A stretch of DNA of 64,000 bases from an uncultured Bacilli bacterium (GCA_947626095.1 CANQQV010000007.1:18464-82463); one strand, 5' to 3'; numbered from the stretch's first letter, positions 30,376 through 40,451 are shown. Numbers and translations: made by a program. The notes: a model not told the origin generated them from the letters alone.

Positions 30376-30805
30376 ATAAACATTCAACGTAAGTATCAGT
30401 TAAACATCTAAGACAACAAACACAGCCTAAATCCATTGTAAATACTGAATTAGTTGCCACAAATGGATATATACTTGTTGGATCAGGATTATCTTGTAAT
30501 ACTCTAAATGTACAACAATTTCCTTCAATCTTTTCTACTCTAAAGACATTAGAACAAGTTGTTCCTCCATCACAAGTAGCTGTTGAATCTTTAGTAACTG
30601 GCATACTCCAAGGTACACTATTACTTCCACAAGTATATATCATAACTGGTCTTGTATTACAAACTAAGCAAGATGGCCCACCACCTAACATTGGTCGATC
30701 GCAAGAATCTAAACAACTATCAACACAAGCATTTTGTTGTAAGACAAGAATAACACTTAATATTTCGGCTAAACAATTACTTTCACTATTACCATTATTA
30801 CACAT
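30374..30805 (-). CDS. CotY/CotZ family spore coat protein
   Basis: CLAEILSVILVLQ, NTRPVMIY, VFRVEKIEGNCCTFRVL, DLGCVCCLRCL. Confidence 0.8.
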   Translation of the reverse strand: MCNNGNSESNCLAEILSVILVLQQNACVDSCLDSCDRPMLGGGPSCLVCNTRPVMIYTCGSNSVPWSMPVTKDSTATCDGGTTCSNVFRVEKIEGNCCTFRVLQDNPDPTSIYPFVATNSVFTMDLGCVCCLRCLTDTYVECL

Positions 30806-30834
30806 ATATCTCACCCTTTCATATATCTCACTAT

Positions 30835-30861
30835 TAATTTATGTTTGTTTTAAAAAATAGT
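30835..30861 (-). promoter_or_regulatory. Putative sigmaK promoter
   Basis: AC, 16 nt, CATAAATTA matches the B. subtilis sigK consensus AC-N16/17-CATANNNTA; upstream of a cotY/Z-like gene. Confidence 0.5.
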
Positions 30862-30927
30862 GCTAATTTGTAAATACTTTTATTTTTTAAAAAGATATAG
30901 TATAATAAACTAACAGGTGATAAAAAA

Positions 30928-31245
30928 ATGGAATGGATACAATATGTCATAATATTAATAGCATTAATAATTATAACCTTAGTTATTATTAAATTGAAAA
31001 GTAAAGACTTTTCTTCAGAAGTAAATAAATTAATTAAATATTTAGGTGGTAAAGATAATATTATCAATGCTGAATGCAATATGTCACGTTTTAAAGTTAT
31101 CTTAAAAGATACTTCGATAGTTGATAAAGATTCTATTCAAAAACTAGGTGCTAAAGGTATCGTTGAAATCGATAATCAATTAAAGATTATCTTTGGTCGT
31201 GACGCCAAGCAACTAAAAGAATATATTAAAGACATTATAAAATAA
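30928..31245 (+). CDS. Stand-alone membrane-anchored PTS EIIB-like domain
   Basis: LGGKDNI, SRFKVILKD, LGAKGIV, IIFG; N-terminal TM. Confidence 0.75.
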   Translation: MEWIQYVIILIALIIITLVIIKLKSKDFSSEVNKLIKYLGGKDNIINAECNMSRFKVILKDTSIVDKDSIQKLGAKGIVEIDNQLKIIFGRDAKQLKEYIKDIIK

Positions 31246-31254
31246 CCAATATGG

Positions 31255-31530
31255 TTATTTTTTTATTTCATAATCTATAATATCTTTAAAATAGATCTTT
31301 TCATTCCTTATATTAACAAAATAGTCATCCTTACATAAAACTAACTTTTCATCTTTCTTTCCATCTTTAGTATCGATAATTACATGTAATCTATTAACAT
31401 AACCTCTATTATCAAATTCTTTCTTTAACTCACTAATATCTTTAGCTTTTCTTTCATTATAAACATACTCCGTATTATTCTTTATTTCTTTATCAATCTT
31501 ATTAGCATAAACACTAGGTAATTTCATCAT
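31255..31530 (-). CDS. Hypothetical protein
   Basis: AGGAGGA RBS before ATG 31530; MMKLPSVYANKI...IYFKDIIDY. Confidence 0.65.
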   Translation of the reverse strand: MMKLPSVYANKIDKEIKNNTEYVYNERKAKDISELKKEFDNRGYVNRLHVIIDTKDGKKDEKLVLCKDDYFVNIRNEKIYFKDIIDYEIKK

Positions 31531-31549
31531 ATTCCTCCTAACTAAGTAT

Positions 31550-32611
31550 ATGTATAAAACTAATATTTTTGCCAAATATATTAATATGAAAGCAATATTA
31601 AATAATAAATATTTCATCTTAATTCCGTTACTTATTTTAAATACTATCAGTCTTATCTACTTATTTAAAACTCCCTATTTTACTAAACAACTTATATTTA
31701 TTCTTTTAAGTATTTCCCTTTTATTAATTAGTAGTAAACTAAACTATAAATTCATTAACAAATATAGTAAGTTCCTCTACTTACTTAGTATATTCCTTCT
31801 TATCCTTGTTCTTATTGTTGGTGAAGAAACTAAAGGTGCTAAAGCATGGCTTCATCTATCCAATATCTCTATTCAACCAAGTGAAATAGCTAAACTTACT
31901 CTAACCATCTATACTGCCTATTTAATTAATAAACATAAAAGTCTAATCTATCTTTTAATAATTACTTTAATCCCCTCTATTTTAACCTTCTTAGAACCTG
32001 ATACAGGCGCAATAATCATTTACCTTATTATTTTCCTATCATCCCTTAAATACTTTAAAATAAGTAAAAAAATCCTTATTTTCGCTTCTACCTTTATCCT
32101 ACTATTTCTCCTATCACATATCTCTTTATATTTTATCAACAAAGATCTTTTAATTAATATATATGGACCTAACTTACTATATCGTATTGATCGTCTTATA
32201 TCTTTCCAAAATCACGATAATATTCAATATACTAACTCCCTAATCTCTATCGGAGCTCACAAATTACTATATATTCCTGAAAACCATAATGACTTTATCT
32301 TCGCTGCTATCATCAGTAAATACAATATCCTTTCATTCAGTATTATCTTAATATCTTATTTCTTTATCTTCTACTACTATTTAACTAATTTAACTAAAAA
32401 AAATAATGTATCTAACATTATTAACTTTATAATTTTAAATACATTATTATTTCAAGTCTTTTATAATATCTTCATGAATTTGTCTTTATTACCAATTATT
32501 GGTATACCATTACCATTTCTAAGTTATGGTGGTTCCTACTTAGTAACTTTATATATTTTAATCGGTTTATCTATTAATTTAAACATTAATCCTAATAGAA
32601 GAATGGATTAG
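31550..32611 (+). CDS. FtsW/RodA/SpoVE (SEDS) family protein
   Basis: GAKAW, IQPSEIAK, LEPDTG, IPENHNDFIF, GIPLPFLSYGGS; true start may be 31586. Confidence 0.88.
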   Translation: MYKTNIFAKYINMKAILNNKYFILIPLLILNTISLIYLFKTPYFTKQLIFILLSISLLLISSKLNYKFINKYSKFLYLLSIFLLILVLIVGEETKGAKAWLHLSNISIQPSEIAKLTLTIYTAYLINKHKSLIYLLIITLIPSILTFLEPDTGAIIIYLIIFLSSLKYFKISKKILIFASTFILLFLLSHISLYFINKDLLINIYGPNLLYRIDRLISFQNHDNIQYTNSLISIGAHKLLYIPENHNDFIFAAIISKYNILSFSIILISYFFIFYYYLTNLTKKNNVSNIINFIILNTLLFQVFYNIFMNLSLLPIIGIPLPFLSYGGSYLVTLYILIGLSINLNINPNRRMD

Positions 32612-32786
32612 GACCATATCCTGGACCAGGTCCATAATAAGGACGATAAGGGTAAGGACCAGGTGTCGCTATAATTGGACGAGGACGACTTACTCCAACT
32701 GCCGCTCCACCTACTAAAGCTCCTGTAATAAATGGTAAAACAAACCCACCATAACGTCCATCACGTATATAAGTATTATAATACAT
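32592..32786 (-). CDS. Small Gly/Pro/Tyr-rich spore-coat-like protein
   Basis: R-YGG-FVLPFITGALVGG followed by a PGPYPY-rich tail; AAGGAG RBS. Confidence 0.6.
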   Translation of the reverse strand: MYYNTYIRDGRYGGFVLPFITGALVGGAAVGVSRPRPIIATPGPYPYRPYYGPGPGYGPNPFFY

Positions 32787-32832
32787 ATAAAAACTCCTTT
32801 CATTTTATTTTATGATAAGGAGTTTTTATATG
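32784..32832. repeat. Perfect 16-bp inverted repeat covering the RBS and ATG of the 64-aa gene
   Basis: CATATAAAAACTCCTT (32784-32799) / AAGGAGTTTTTATATG (32817-32832). Confidence 0.85.
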
Positions 32833-33708
32833 TTATTTTCTTCTTAACTTTTTCATATAAGAACCTTGTGGAGCAAAAGGAATACTAAATGTTAACATAT
32901 CATATTGTTGACTTAATTTATAAAGTTCATCTTGTAAATATACCCCTTTTTCTGTTGCACTTAAATTAGCCGCCAATTTTTTCATAAATACCGGTTCATG
33001 AATACCTAACATTTGAAAAATATCTTCAATTGTTATTATTTTTCCATCTATTGGGCTTCTTGTTCCTACTAAAGTCAAATCAATATTAAATACAACTAAA
33101 AACATTAGTATAGCCAAACTAGTTTTATCAAGTTCACTCGTAAAATGACCAAAGCTATCATTATATTTTGGAACATCTATATATCTACTTTGATCTCCCA
33201 AAGATGTTGAAACAGAAATTGACTTATCTTTTTTGCCAAACTGCATTCCATCATAATCAATAAATCTTAACGTTCCATTCGGTAAAACAATAATATTATC
33301 ACAAGTACATAAATCTGGTATAACTATTCCTACTTTATTAGCTTTCATAACAATATCTTCTATCTTTTTATACAATTCATAATAATGATGTAAATCACTT
33401 CTCTCTTTTAAAGTAAAAGTATCATCATAATTATTTAAATCACTGCCAATAACTCTCTCCATTGTATAACCAACACATTCTTTTTGAAAATAAACAGCTG
33501 ATATCGGTCTAACTATTTCACTTACCGTTTCCGCTCTTATATCTAGTATTTTTCTTTCATATGATGTACCTGCTAATTTACAAGCTTGTAAAACTAAAGG
33601 TGCAGCTACTTTTAAAACTCTACCATCTTCTAAAGTATATATTTTAGAGCAATCCCCACTATGAATTAAACTTTCAGGTTTAAAACTATTTAATTGCATT
33701 TTCTGCAT
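32833..33708 (-). CDS. Orphan protein-kinase-like protein
   Basis: GDCSKIY, VLKV, GYTME, VIPDL...NIIV, FIDYDG; purine-rich RBS before ATG 33708. Confidence 0.65.
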   Translation of the reverse strand: MQKMQLNSFKPESLIHSGDCSKIYTLEDGRVLKVAAPLVLQACKLAGTSYERKILDIRAETVSEIVRPISAVYFQKECVGYTMERVIGSDLNNYDDTFTLKERSDLHHYYELYKKIEDIVMKANKVGIVIPDLCTCDNIIVLPNGTLRFIDYDGMQFGKKDKSISVSTSLGDQSRYIDVPKYNDSFGHFTSELDKTSLAILMFLVVFNIDLTLVGTRSPIDGKIITIEDIFQMLGIHEPVFMKKLAANLSATEKGVYLQDELYKLSQQYDMLTFSIPFAPQGSYMKKLRRK

Positions 33709-33742
33709 CTCAATTCCCCCTTTTAACAAGAGCTTATTCTAT

Positions 33743-33776
33743 AAAAAATAGAGTAGCTTGTCAACCTACTCTATTT
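33743..33776 (-). terminator. Terminator after tyrS
   Basis: AAATAGAGTAG/CTACTCTATTT inverted repeat plus T run. Confidence 0.6.
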
Positions 33777-35006
33777 AAAAATTCCTAAGAATTGTTTTTT
33801 CTTACCTTTTCTAATTACTAAGACTTTTCCCTCTATTGCCATGTCTTTTGTAATAATCATATTTTCATCAGTCATTTTTTCATTATTAATAGAAATAGCA
33901 TTACTACTAAGCATTTCTCTAGCTTCTCTTCTTGAAGAACATATTTCGTTATCTACTAATAAATCAAGTAGTTTAACTTCTCCATTTAAATTAATAGAAG
34001 GTACCATCTTCATTCCTAACATTATATCTTTAGCACTTAAACCATTTACATCCCCACTAAATAACGCTTGACTAATTTTCTCAGCTTTTTCATATTCTTC
34101 TTCGCCATGTAAATCAGTAATAATTGCTTTAGCTAAGGCCTTCTGTGCAATTCTCTTTTCTGGGCATTCTAAATGTTGTTTTTCTATTTCCATTATTTCA
34201 TCAGGAGTTAAGAAAGTTAACATCTTTAAATATGTAATAATCATTGAATCTTCAAGTCCAATACAATATTGATACAATTCATAACTAGAAGTTTTATTTT
34301 TATCTAACCATAAAGCATTACCTTCTGTCTTACCAAACTTCTTACCTTGTGAATCAGTAACTAAAGGCATTACCATACCATAAGCTTCTTTATCGAGCTT
34401 TTTACGAATTAATTCAATACCAGAAGTAATATTTCCCCATTGGTCAGAACCAGCTACTTGTAAAGTACAATCTCTATTTTCAAATAAATATAAGAAATCT
34501 AAAGCTTGTAATATCATATAACTAAATTCAGCATATGTAATACCCGATTCTAATCTACTTTTTACTTTATCCTTAGCAAGCATATAACCTATATTAAAGA
34601 ACTTACCATAATCTCTTAAGAAATCTAAAACATTAATATCCTTTGTCCAATCATAATTATTAACTACTTCAAAGCCAAAAATATCTTCCGCTTGTTTCTT
34701 TAAACCTTTAATATTATGTTCTACCTCTTCTTTTGTAATCATTGGTCTTTCAGCATTAGGTTTAGGATCTCCTATTAAACCAGTTGCTCCACCAACTAAT
34801 AATATTGGATGGTGTCCATGTTGTGCTAATCTTTTACTAATCAAAAATGATGAATAATGACCAATATGCATTGAATCAGCAGTTGGATCTGTTCCAATAT
34901 AGAAAGTCATCCCACCTTTATTCAACTTATCAATTAGATCTGGACTACTAATATCCTGAACTAATCCACGCCATTTTAACTCATCATATAAAGTCATTTG
35001 TTCCAT
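33771..35006 (-). CDS. tyrS: Tyrosine--tRNA ligase
   Basis: YIGTDPTADSMHIGH, GGATGLIGDP, GSDQWGNI, KFGKT, S4 domain; RBS before ATG 35006. Confidence 0.97.
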   Translation of the reverse strand: MEQMTLYDELKWRGLVQDISSPDLIDKLNKGGMTFYIGTDPTADSMHIGHYSSFLISKRLAQHGHHPILLVGGATGLIGDPKPNAERPMITKEEVEHNIKGLKKQAEDIFGFEVVNNYDWTKDINVLDFLRDYGKFFNIGYMLAKDKVKSRLESGITYAEFSYMILQALDFLYLFENRDCTLQVAGSDQWGNITSGIELIRKKLDKEAYGMVMPLVTDSQGKKFGKTEGNALWLDKNKTSSYELYQYCIGLEDSMIITYLKMLTFLTPDEIMEIEKQHLECPEKRIAQKALAKAIITDLHGEEEYEKAEKISQALFSGDVNGLSAKDIMLGMKMVPSINLNGEVKLLDLLVDNEICSSRREAREMLSSNAISINNEKMTDENMIITKDMAIEGKVLVIRKGKKKQFLGIFK

Positions 35007-35021
35007 ATTATCCCTCTTTCT

Positions 35022-35154
35022 AAAAATAAAAAAGTTCATAAATCTAAGGACGCTATAGCGCGGTACCACCTTAGTTTATGAACTTTATCATACACTTTAT
35101 CTCTTAACGCGAGTTACGTTTTAGCTCCAGAGTCGTAAATTCCTTCATCGCTAA
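35022..35154 (-). ncRNA. T-box leader of tyrS (atypical, very short)
   Basis: AAGG-TGGTACC-GCG...CGT-CCTT antiterminator; GA motif GCGATGA/TGGAGC; TAC specifier at 35137-35135. Confidence 0.8.
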
Positions 35155-35163
35155 TTAATCTAA

Positions 35164-35191
35164 ATTATAACATTTAATTTTTATTTGTCAA
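35164..35191 (-). promoter_or_regulatory. sigmaA promoter of tyrS
   Basis: TTGACA, 16 nt, TATAAT with extended TG; the -35 lies in the last codons of the upstream gene. Confidence 0.75.
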
Positions 35192-37151
35192 ATATGCCAC
35201 TTATCTTTTCGCCAATGCCTCTAAAGAAAGCACCTATTACTGCGAAATTAAAGTAAATTCGATAACCTAATAATCTTAAGATTAAATAGATTAAGATTAA
35301 GACTATAATAATTATAATAATTATAATTAACCAAGTATTTTTACCTTTTTCTACTCCGTCAATAGAGATAGAATAAGTAACTGTATCACTTTCATCTGCT
35401 GAAGTACAAGTCAATTTAATAATTGAACCAGAAGTTAAATCACTATTACCTTCTGTAACACAACGTGCATTCTCATCTATTTGTGTATACTGAATATCTA
35501 ATTCCGTATCTCCTTTATGTAATTTAATTCCATAATCATACTTACCAGTCTCAAATCCTATATCATCATAATCTTTAATAGTTAATGATGCTAAACCAGC
35601 TTCTGATCCTAATTCTTTTTTATCTTGTCTTGTAACATTAAGAACATACAATCTTGTAAAATCTGTACAATCTTTACTAGAAACTGTTACTTTTACTTCT
35701 CTAACAACTCCTACTTCTAAGCTTTCAGCACCTTCAACAACAACTGTATCTCCTTCTTCGTTAACATAAGCATTAACGATTAAATCTTGTACTTCATTAG
35801 GAACTTGAACATCATAAGTAAATACTTTAGAATCAAAATTTGTAATTTGATCTATTTCTATACCCTGTCTATCTGTCGCTAAATCAATTCCTTTTAATAA
35901 AGCTAATGAATCAATATCTGTTGTACATTTTGTTGGTGTATCTTCTCTAATTACTGTTATATTATAAACATTTGTCGAACCTTTTTGATTAACAACTTTA
36001 ACATATATTTGATTAGTTCCCAATTGTAAATTATAAGTTTGTGGGCCATAGCCATTAGCAAAGCTTGAAGTATTATCCGTAAGTGTCGCCCCAACTGTAA
36101 TTTGTTCAACATTATTAGCTACATTAACTGTGTAATTTGTTATATTACTTGCAAAAGCTGGAGTTAATGTTCCTTTATCAACAGTTAAATTAGATAAAGT
36201 ATTAACATTACTTCGATTATCAGCTCTTGTTACTACAATCTTGTAAGTTACAGTTTTATTAGCTGAATTCTTAACTTTAACTGATATTGTATTAGAACCA
36301 TATTTAAGATTTACTGTTCTTGGTCCATAACCCGAAACAAATGAACTACCACTTTTTGCTGAGGCATCTACTCTAATAGAAGCAACATCAGCTCCAACTG
36401 ATACCTTGTAAGATTTAGTTCCACTCTTAAATGATGGTGATAAAGAACCGCTACTAACTGATAATTTAGTTAATGAAGGAGCTGCAACAGTTGTTCCGCC
36501 ACCGGAGCTACCGCCACCGCCGCTTCCGTTATCAGAACTCTTAACACAAGTACCTGAATAAACTTGCTTACAATATCTTTTATTAAATGTTCCTGTACCT
36601 ACTTGTGTAGACTTACAAGTATCCGTAGTTGGTTTGCCGCCATTATCAGCTTGAATCTTATATCCACTTTTACATTCGGCAAAATTATTATTAGCATTAA
36701 TATTAGCTTTTGATGGTGTTACAACCCTTGTTCCCCCAGACATACTAACTGTTGCACATCTTTCAACGGAAAACTTAGAAGTTAAACCAACTTGTAAACC
36801 ATCAGTACAAGATGTTGTTACTTTGTAACTAGTATAGTAATAACCACCTGTCAATGTATTAAAAACCCAGAAATGATATGTTCCGTTTTTTAAACTTATC
36901 TGTGCTCTATTGGTATATTTTACAGCCATACCAGTTTTTAACACATTAATTGCTGAATTTCTATCTTTTTTTGTATTGTAATAAAACGTTAAACTCTTAT
37001 CTGTATATTTTCCAGAATAAGTAATTGTTACAACATCCCCACTAGCTGAAGCACTGATACTATCTGCTTTTACTATTCCAAGGGGAATAACAAATAATAT
37101 AAATATATATACTAGAAAACGTAATTTTATTTTATTAATAGTTCTACCCAT
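35181..37151 (-). CDS. Surface protein with four cadherin-like beta-sandwich repeats
   Basis: Signal peptide, Cys-rich N-domain, Gly/Ser linker, repeats L..L.V..G.L.P.F....Y.V.V...Y.I.V.R, C-terminal TM. Confidence 0.8.
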   Translation of the reverse strand: MGRTINKIKLRFLVYIFILFVIPLGIVKADSISASASGDVVTITYSGKYTDKSLTFYYNTKKDRNSAINVLKTGMAVKYTNRAQISLKNGTYHFWVFNTLTGGYYYTSYKVTTSCTDGLQVGLTSKFSVERCATVSMSGGTRVVTPSKANINANNNFAECKSGYKIQADNGGKPTTDTCKSTQVGTGTFNKRYCKQVYSGTCVKSSDNGSGGGGSSGGGTTVAAPSLTKLSVSSGSLSPSFKSGTKSYKVSVGADVASIRVDASAKSGSSFVSGYGPRTVNLKYGSNTISVKVKNSANKTVTYKIVVTRADNRSNVNTLSNLTVDKGTLTPAFASNITNYTVNVANNVEQITVGATLTDNTSSFANGYGPQTYNLQLGTNQIYVKVVNQKGSTNVYNITVIREDTPTKCTTDIDSLALLKGIDLATDRQGIEIDQITNFDSKVFTYDVQVPNEVQDLIVNAYVNEEGDTVVVEGAESLEVGVVREVKVTVSSKDCTDFTRLYVLNVTRQDKKELGSEAGLASLTIKDYDDIGFETGKYDYGIKLHKGDTELDIQYTQIDENARCVTEGNSDLTSGSIIKLTCTSADESDTVTYSISIDGVEKGKNTWLIIIIIIIIVLILIYLILRLLGYRIYFNFAVIGAFFRGIGEKISGIFDK

Positions 37152-37256
37152 ACTAATCTATCCTATCTATTATTAATAATAACATTTTACCATTTATTTA
37201 TCAAGAATATAAATATAAAATCGTCAATTAATAGAAAAAAGATAACAAGTATCCTT

Positions 37257-38210
37257 TTATGCTTTAGCAAATTCTAAATTGATATCAAAATTAGTAGCTT
37301 TCTTTTCTAACAAAGAATCCTTATCGCCACTTTCAAACCATATATATACTCTTACTTTAGTAATCCCCTGTTGAATCATAAATAGACTTTGTTTATTCCT
37401 AAATTCCTTCTTTGTTACAATATCTGAACTAATATTAGAAAAATTATTACTACTTTTTCGATCAATTATCTTAATTTTATTAAATTCACTATTTATTCCA
37501 CGATAAGATATTACTTTATCTTCTATATCTTCCCCGTAAACATCTTCTGTAATCTTTTTAGCTTCCTTAGTATGAACATCACTATTAGGTTCCCAAATAA
37601 CCGCCTTTATTCCAGCAGCTAAACCCTGAATATCCTTCTTATCTGTACTACTAGTAGTTCCTTCTACCACAAAACCAATTCTAATCGCATTTTCTAAACC
37701 ATTATCTTTCTTTTGCTTAACATACGAATTTTCCGTTAAAGCAATAGATTCTGGTTCTGAAGCTTCAAAAAACACATCAAACGCCATATAATAACTATCT
37801 TTACATTCTTTAGCAAAACATCTATTATCTTTCTGTTTTTCACTACTTACATAATATTCTTTACCATCTTTTTCTAATATTTCATAATACATATCTAATC
37901 GACCATCACTAATGCCTCCACTAGTTGAAACACGTGATAAGACATCTGGTAATTGATTCCTACTTTTATAAATATCTGTTGTAACATTAAAACTATCTTT
38001 ATTTAATTTTGTACCATAATTAATCCCATCTGCTGATATCTTTAAATCATCTATAACACCAACACTTAAATCAATACTACTACTCATTCCTTTTATCTTT
38101 TTAACACATACAACACTTAAAACTACAAGTAATACTGCTATTAATACTAAACCGATGACTATTAATATTTTCAATGTTTTTTTTCTCGTTTTTCTTAAAT
38201 TTTTTTTCAA
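37257..38210 (-). CDS. Membrane-anchored extracellular hypothetical protein
   Basis: TTG start with AGGTG RBS, basic N-terminus plus TM, ISADGINY, AFDVFF, IWEPNSDVH, GITKVRVYIW. Confidence 0.65.
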   Translation of the reverse strand: MKKNLRKTRKKTLKILIVIGLVLIAVLLVVLSVVCVKKIKGMSSSIDLSVGVIDDLKISADGINYGTKLNKDSFNVTTDIYKSRNQLPDVLSRVSTSGGISDGRLDMYYEILEKDGKEYYVSSEKQKDNRCFAKECKDSYYMAFDVFFEASEPESIALTENSYVKQKKDNGLENAIRIGFVVEGTTSSTDKKDIQGLAAGIKAVIWEPNSDVHTKEAKKITEDVYGEDIEDKVISYRGINSEFNKIKIIDRKSSNNFSNISSDIVTKKEFRNKQSLFMIQQGITKVRVYIWFESGDKDSLLEKKATNFDINLEFAKA

Positions 38211-38303
38211 GATATCACCTTCTTACCTTATACTTATAAGTATAATGCATTTAACTAAATATTTTCAACTATCTATTTTTTAGTATTAAAGAAAAAAAGG
38301 TAA

Positions 38304-40427
38304 TTATTCATTACCTTTTATATAAAATTCACCCTTATCATTAACATCTACTAAAACTTTTGAATTTTCTTTTATCGTTCCATCAATTAATTTCATGGCT
38401 AACAACGTTTCTAAATTATCGGAAACATATCTCTTAATAGGACGTGCTCCAAAATTTTCATCATAAGCATTATTAATAACATACTCTGAAGCATCATCAG
38501 TTAAAGAAATAATAATTCCTTTATCTTTTAATCTTGCATTAATATCATTAATAATCTTATCTAATATCTTATAAACCACATCTTTACTTAAAGTCTTAAA
38601 GTAAACAATATCATCTATTCTATTTAAAAATTCTGGTTTAAATGTTTTATGTAAATCTTTTTCAATTAATTCTTCCTTATTAGGTAAGTTCTCTAGGATA
38701 TATTCACTACCTAAGTTACTTGTCATAATAATAATGGTATTTTTAAAATCAACTGTTCTTCCTTGACTATCAGTTATTCTACCATCATCTAATATTTGTA
38801 ATAATAAATTAAAGACATCAGGATGTGCTTTTTCTATTTCATCAAATAAAACTATCGAATAAGGATTTCTTCTTACTGCTTCTGTAAGTTGTCCACCTTC
38901 GTCATAACCTATATAACCAGGCGCAGCACCTATTAATCTTGAAACATTAAAACTTTCCATATATTCTGACATATCAATTCTTATCATATGTCTTTCATCA
39001 TCAAATAACTCATAAGCTAAAGTTCTCGCTACTTCTGTCTTACCAACACCCGTTGGACCTAAAAATAAGAATGAACCAATTGGACGATTAGGATCTTTAA
39101 TTCCGGCACGACTACGAATAATCGCATTAGATACTTTCTTTAAAACTTCATCTTGCCCAATTACTCTTTTTTTCATACTTTCTTCTAGTTTAAGTAATTT
39201 TTCTTTTTCTCCTTCAACTAGTTTAGAAACCGGAACATTCGTCCATTTAGAAACTATCTGCGCAATATCTTCTTCCGTAACTGTATCACTTATTAAAACA
39301 TTTTTATTATTCTTTTGTAAATCTTCTAGCTCACGTTCTAATCTCGGAATATCTCCATGACGTAATCTTGCTGCCGTATCCAAATCATAATTATTTTCGG
39401 CTTCTTTCAAACGATGTCTTAAACTTTCCAAAGTTTTCTTTGTCTCACTTATCTTATTATTAACTTCTTTTTCACTATTAAAATCTTCTTTTAACTTAGT
39501 CTCTTGTAATTTAAGATTATAAAGTTCATCATCTATTTCTTGTAATCTCTTCTTACTTTGTTCATCTTTTTCTTTCTTTAAAGATTGCCTTTCGATTTCT
39601 AGTAGCATAATCTTTCTTGTTAACTTATCTAAACTAACTGGTACACTATCCATTTCAACTTTAATAGTCGCACAAGCTTCATCGATTAAATCGATTGCTT
39701 TATCAGGTAAATAACGATCCGTAATATAACGATCAGATAAAGTCGCTGCGGCAATTAAAGCATGGTCTTTAATATTAACCCCATGATGAACTTCAAATCT
39801 TTCTTTTAAACCACGTAAAATAGCTATTGTATCAATAACACTTGGAGCTTTAACAATAATCTTTTGAAATCTTCTTTCTAGTGCTCCATCTTTTTCAATA
39901 AACTTACGATATTCATTTAATGTAGTCGCTCCAATACACTTAATCTCCCCACGGGCAAGCATTGGTTTAAGCATATTAGCTACATTCATTGTTCCTTCGC
40001 CTGAATCACCAACTATCATATGTATTTCATCAATAAACATAATGATACTTCCATCAGAATCTTTAATTTTATTTAAAACAGCTTTTAATCTCTCTTCAAA
40101 TTCACCACGGTATTTAGCACCTGCTACTAAAGCTGCTAAATCAAGTCCCCATATTGTTTTATTCTTTAAACCATCAGGTACATCACCATTAACAATACGT
40201 AGTGCTAAACCTTCTACGATGGCTGTCTTACCTACTCCAGGTTCCCCAATTAATACTGGATTATTCTTTGTTTTACGTGATAATATTCGCGTAATACTCC
40301 TTATTTCTTCATCTCTGCCAATAACCGGATCTATTTTATTTTCTTTAGCTGCCACCGTAATATCACGGCCATACTTAGCTAAAACATCCTCTTCTTCTTG
40401 TTGTGGCATATTATATCCATAATTCAT
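38304..40427 (-). CDS. clpB: ClpB chaperone lacking the N-terminal domain
   Basis: [18 protein letters not shown], long coiled-coil middle domain, [20 protein letters not shown]. Confidence 0.92.
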   Translation of the reverse strand: MNYGYNMPQQEEEDVLAKYGRDITVAAKENKIDPVIGRDEEIRSITRILSRKTKNNPVLIGEPGVGKTAIVEGLALRIVNGDVPDGLKNKTIWGLDLAALVAGAKYRGEFEERLKAVLNKIKDSDGSIIMFIDEIHMIVGDSGEGTMNVANMLKPMLARGEIKCIGATTLNEYRKFIEKDGALERRFQKIIVKAPSVIDTIAILRGLKERFEVHHGVNIKDHALIAAATLSDRYITDRYLPDKAIDLIDEACATIKVEMDSVPVSLDKLTRKIMLLEIERQSLKKEKDEQSKKRLQEIDDELYNLKLQETKLKEDFNSEKEVNNKISETKKTLESLRHRLKEAENNYDLDTAARLRHGDIPRLERELEDLQKNNKNVLISDTVTEEDIAQIVSKWTNVPVSKLVEGEKEKLLKLEESMKKRVIGQDEVLKKVSNAIIRSRAGIKDPNRPIGSFLFLGPTGVGKTEVARTLAYELFDDERHMIRIDMSEYMESFNVSRLIGAAPGYIGYDEGGQLTEAVRRNPYSIVLFDEIEKAHPDVFNLLLQILDDGRITDSQGRTVDFKNTIIIMTSNLGSEYILENLPNKEELIEKDLHKTFKPEFLNRIDDIVYFKTLSKDVVYKILDKIINDINARLKDKGIIISLTDDASEYVINNAYDENFGARPIKRYVSDNLETLLAMKLIDGTIKENSKVLVDVNDKGEFYIKGNE

Positions 40428-40451
40428 GATAATCCCTCCATATCAACCACC

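Noticed and set aside
36495-36530. Local GC-rich GCC repeat
   Set aside because: Encodes a Gly/Ser linker of the cadherin-like protein.
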